This document shows, piece by piece, positions 60,785-64,000 of a stretch of DNA of 64,000 nt. Numbering within the stretch: position 1 is the first letter of the stretch; the number at the start of each line of letters is the position of its first letter. The notes beneath the pieces were generated by a model. That model was not told the DNA's origin. It did not search any database and saw only the letters and a list, made by a program, of their open reading frames with translations. The DNA is from Glaucostegus cemiculus (lineage: Eukaryota), in assembly GCA_976551045.1 (NCBI GenBank), contig CDPCPM010000054.1, forward strand, positions 38,068,001 through 38,132,000, written 5' to 3'. Position numbers and translations under genes: made by a program.

Positions 60785-62032
60785 GCATAGAACATAGACC
60801 AGTACCGCACTGGAACTGACCTTTTGGCCCACAATGTCTGTGCTGACCATAATGCCAATTTGGACTAATCTCACCTGCCTGCTCATGGTCTGTATCCCTC
60901 CCTTCCCCGTCTGTTCATTCTAAATGCCTCTTGAACATTGCTATTGCATCTGCTTTCATCATCTGCAGACACTGCAGAGAGTTGTGGACTCAGCCCAGCA
61001 TGCCACAGAAACCAGCCTCCCCTCCATGGACTCTTTCTATACCTCCTGCTGCCTTGGCAAAGAAGCCAGCACAATCAAAGGCCCCTTCCACCTGGGTCAT
61101 TCTCTCTTCTCTCCTCTTCCATCAGGTAGAAGACATAGGAGCCTGAGGGCTCGTACCACCAGACCTAAGGACAGCTTCTACCCCATTGTGATAAGACTAT
61201 TCAATGGTTCCCTTATATGATGAGGTGGACTCTGATCGCACGATCTACCTTGTTGTGACCTTGCACCGTACTGCACTGCACTTTCTCTGTAGCTGTGACA
61301 CTTTACTCTGTACTGTTACTGTTTTTACCTGTACTACCTCAAAGCACTCTGTACTAACTCAATGTGACTGCACTGTGTAATGAATTGACCTGTACGATCG
61401 GTATGCAAGACAAGTTTTTCATTGTACCTTGGTACAAGTGACAATAATAAACCAAAACCAATATCAATGCCTCCCCCGGCAGTGTGTTCCAAGCACCTAC
61501 CACACTATGCATAAAATACTTTCCTCACAAATTTACTTTAAGCCCCTCTCACTTAATGTTTATGTCCTCTGACAATCTACCTCATCTATTTCCCTCATAA
61601 TTTTATATACTACCAGGTCACTCCTCAGCCTCCGACACTCCAGAGGAAACAATCCAAGTCTGCCCAATCTCTTCTTATGGCTAATACTTTCCAATCCAGG
61701 TAGCATCCTGGTGAATATCTTCTCCATTCTCTCCAAAGCCTCAACATCCTTCGTGTAATGCGGAGACCAGAACTGCACACAATACTCCAAATGTTGCCAA
61801 ACCAAAATCTTATACAGCTGCAATGTGACCTGTCAACTTTTATACTCAGTGCTCTGACCGATAAAAGCAAATATGCTATCGGTCTTCTATGCCACTTCTG
61901 CTGCCTCTTTCGGGGAGCTATGGACTTCCACCCCAAGATCCCTCTGTCCATCAGTGTTCCTAAGGGTCCTGCTATTTACCGTAGGCTTTCCTCTTGCAGT
62001 GGACCTCCCAAAGTGTAACACCTCACACTTGA
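60785..62032 (-). mobile_element. CR1 3' fragment split by a Rex1/Babar insertion
   Basis: ORF 61560..61823 QHLEYCVQFWSPHYTKDVEALER; tail at 60785-60850. Confidence 0.92.
60961..61466 (+). mobile_element. Rex1/Babar-type LINE 3' fragment
   Basis: ORF 60924 LQRVVDSAQH...GHSLFSPLPSGRRHRSL...SFYPIVIRLFN; ends gtacaagtgacaataataaacc. Confidence 0.88.
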
Positions 62033-63747
62033 GAAGACTGAATGTGTTACAAAACCTCCAGACTGATCAAGTCAAAACAAGCAGCAGTGTGGGCTGAAAT
62101 CCAGCTGTTTAATAGATAAAGTTCTTAACCCACTCACCTTTGAGGCTTGGGTTCCAGGCTCTCAGCTTACACACTGATGGAAGAATCGAATAGCTTGTGG
62201 CCCAGTGGCATGGACCTACCACTTCAATCAGAGAGCCTCTAAAAATATATATTTATCAGCTGAAGCTCAAAGCTGGGATACTTAGGAAAGACAGATAGGT
62301 TGTGTCTGATGAAATCTACTCAATGTGGCCTCAGTATATGAAATCTGCAGATGCTGTTCAGATCTAAGCATGTCAGGAATCTCAATACCTTACATCAGTT
62401 GGAAAAGTTATGGCTATGCTTATTGACACTCTCAGCCTGCTGTGTTTTAGTAAATTCTCCATGTCTGTCATGTTAAAACATCCCTAAAACTGATAGAAAA
62501 CAGGAATTGAACATATGGGTACTTAGCTTTGGTAATGGACAAGGCAGCTCTGGAGCAGAGCAGAAAATTAATTCCTATCCCTAAGGGCAATTTCTTGGAA
62601 ATGTTTCCCACTGCACTGCAGTTTTCTTTATAATCTGTTTTTAAACTGCACTCTTTCAGCAGATGATAATGTAGTTTGCCTTGCAAAGGTGAAATTGAGA
62701 GCCATCACATGGATATTGATCGCATCCATTTTATTATCTCTGTTACGGATGTGGTGTACTCTAAGGGTTAAACTAACAGCACAAGGATAGTCATGTAACT
62801 TGAGCTGCACTTAAGTGGCAAATGATTTCATTTTAATATGTCTGAGCTGGTTATGATATCAAATTTAGTAAACATATAGTGGCTTAAAGTACATTAATAC
62901 TCGTGCAATTCATATTTTCATCGGGCAGCTTGAAGGATTCTATTTCACTGCGTCATAAACCTCTCAAGAGAATAAGCAGCAAATTCCTTGTGTTCTGAAA
63001 ATGTCATTACAATCTTGCATAAAATATATTGCAGCAAATTAAATAATAATTCCTATAAAGTGGATTTTGTCTAATTTATAGAGAGCTATTTTTATAACAT
63101 GCATACATGAGAATCTACTCAGGCCTGGCTCACAAACTCAGTGAGCCATTCATTTCCTGTTTGGCTGTAATATAATTATGATGAATACCTCTACCGAGTA
63201 CATCAGGTGGTGTTCCCTGTGTCTGAGACTAGTGCCAACAACTGCTGAATTCCAATTACTTTCCTTGGCAGTGAGTCACAGCCATGACCTTAACAAGCTA
63301 TCCCTTGTCGCATCACTATGCCATTGCCGCTGCCATGGCCTCATGAAGTGAAAATATTTTGCGCTAGATTTTGTTCATTATAGAATCCTTAACCTTGTCT
63401 TCTAAAGCCCTGTGATAATTATCGTTAAAACTCAGTGCTGGAGAAAAATGGGTGTGCGTCATTTTTAATGACTCTAACCTCAATGAAGATGCTTGTTGGT
63501 CTGCATCAGCCTGACCCCTATTATTTCCATTAAGTGAAAATAAGCTTTTCATTTTCATCCAATGGCTCTATTGCAGCAGACCCTGGAGAAGAAAGAGGAA
63601 TATCCGAACTCAATCCATTGACCACATAGTCTCCCAAAGTTATGGTTTCCTCATGTCCAGTACATTTTTTTTGTTCCCTGGCTACGTCAGAGTCAGACAG
63701 ATGTTACAGCCATCAAATATTCTAAAAAAAGATGCAGTGGCATCTTC

Positions 63748-63805
63748 TTACTCTATTATTACTCTATTTACTCTATTAATTCTCTATTAATTTACTCTAT
63801 TAATT
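63748..63805. repeat. Short degenerate tandem repeat, unit ~TACTCTATTA
   Basis: Five ctctatt cores in 58 bp. Confidence 0.85.
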
Positions 63806-64000
63806 CAACCTAGCAACAATTGATTTATGGTCATGACGAGAGCTGATATTTTACTAGCTCCAAACAGCATCCTTGTTCAGTATTCAAAATGATGTGCAAT
63901 AAGTTGTTTCAATGATTTTCCACTGCTGATGTTCTTCTATCTTTTCCTTTCTCTGAACTTGGACTTGTTATGAAGCCTTACCTTGAGTTATAACCAAAAA

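Noticed and set aside
63748-63805. CRISPR-like array
   Set aside because: It is a short degenerate tandem unit with no spacers or cas genes, in a eukaryotic context.

Overview
This is eukaryotic, AT-rich, CpG-depleted intronic or intergenic DNA. The repeat content points to a cartilaginous fish (shark or ray); that is an inference from family recognition, not a database result. No host protein-coding gene could be recognised, and almost all ORFs in the track are fragments or alternative/antisense frames of decayed retroelements. The window is dominated by 5'-truncated CR1-clade LINEs, including one disabled near-complete APE+RT ORF2 at ~33345-36292. It also holds Rex1/Babar, L2 and a second divergent CR1/L2-type LINE, tRNA-derived V-SINEs with three different tails, DeuSINE-like remnants and another tRNA-type SINE. 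The most interesting signals are: (i) seven Penelope-type remnants with hammerhead-ribozyme cores, four built as inverted palindromes; (ii) a CpG-rich 515-bp solo LTR with a 4-bp TSD nested in a SINE head; (iii) a 117-bp locally templated insertion with microhomology at both junctions; (iv) one SINE head/V-domain carrying tails of two different LINE clades; (v) a ~190-bp inverted duplication. Element boundaries were read by eye and may be off by tens of bases unless a TSD is quoted. No CRISPR, rRNA or bona fide tRNA gene was seen.
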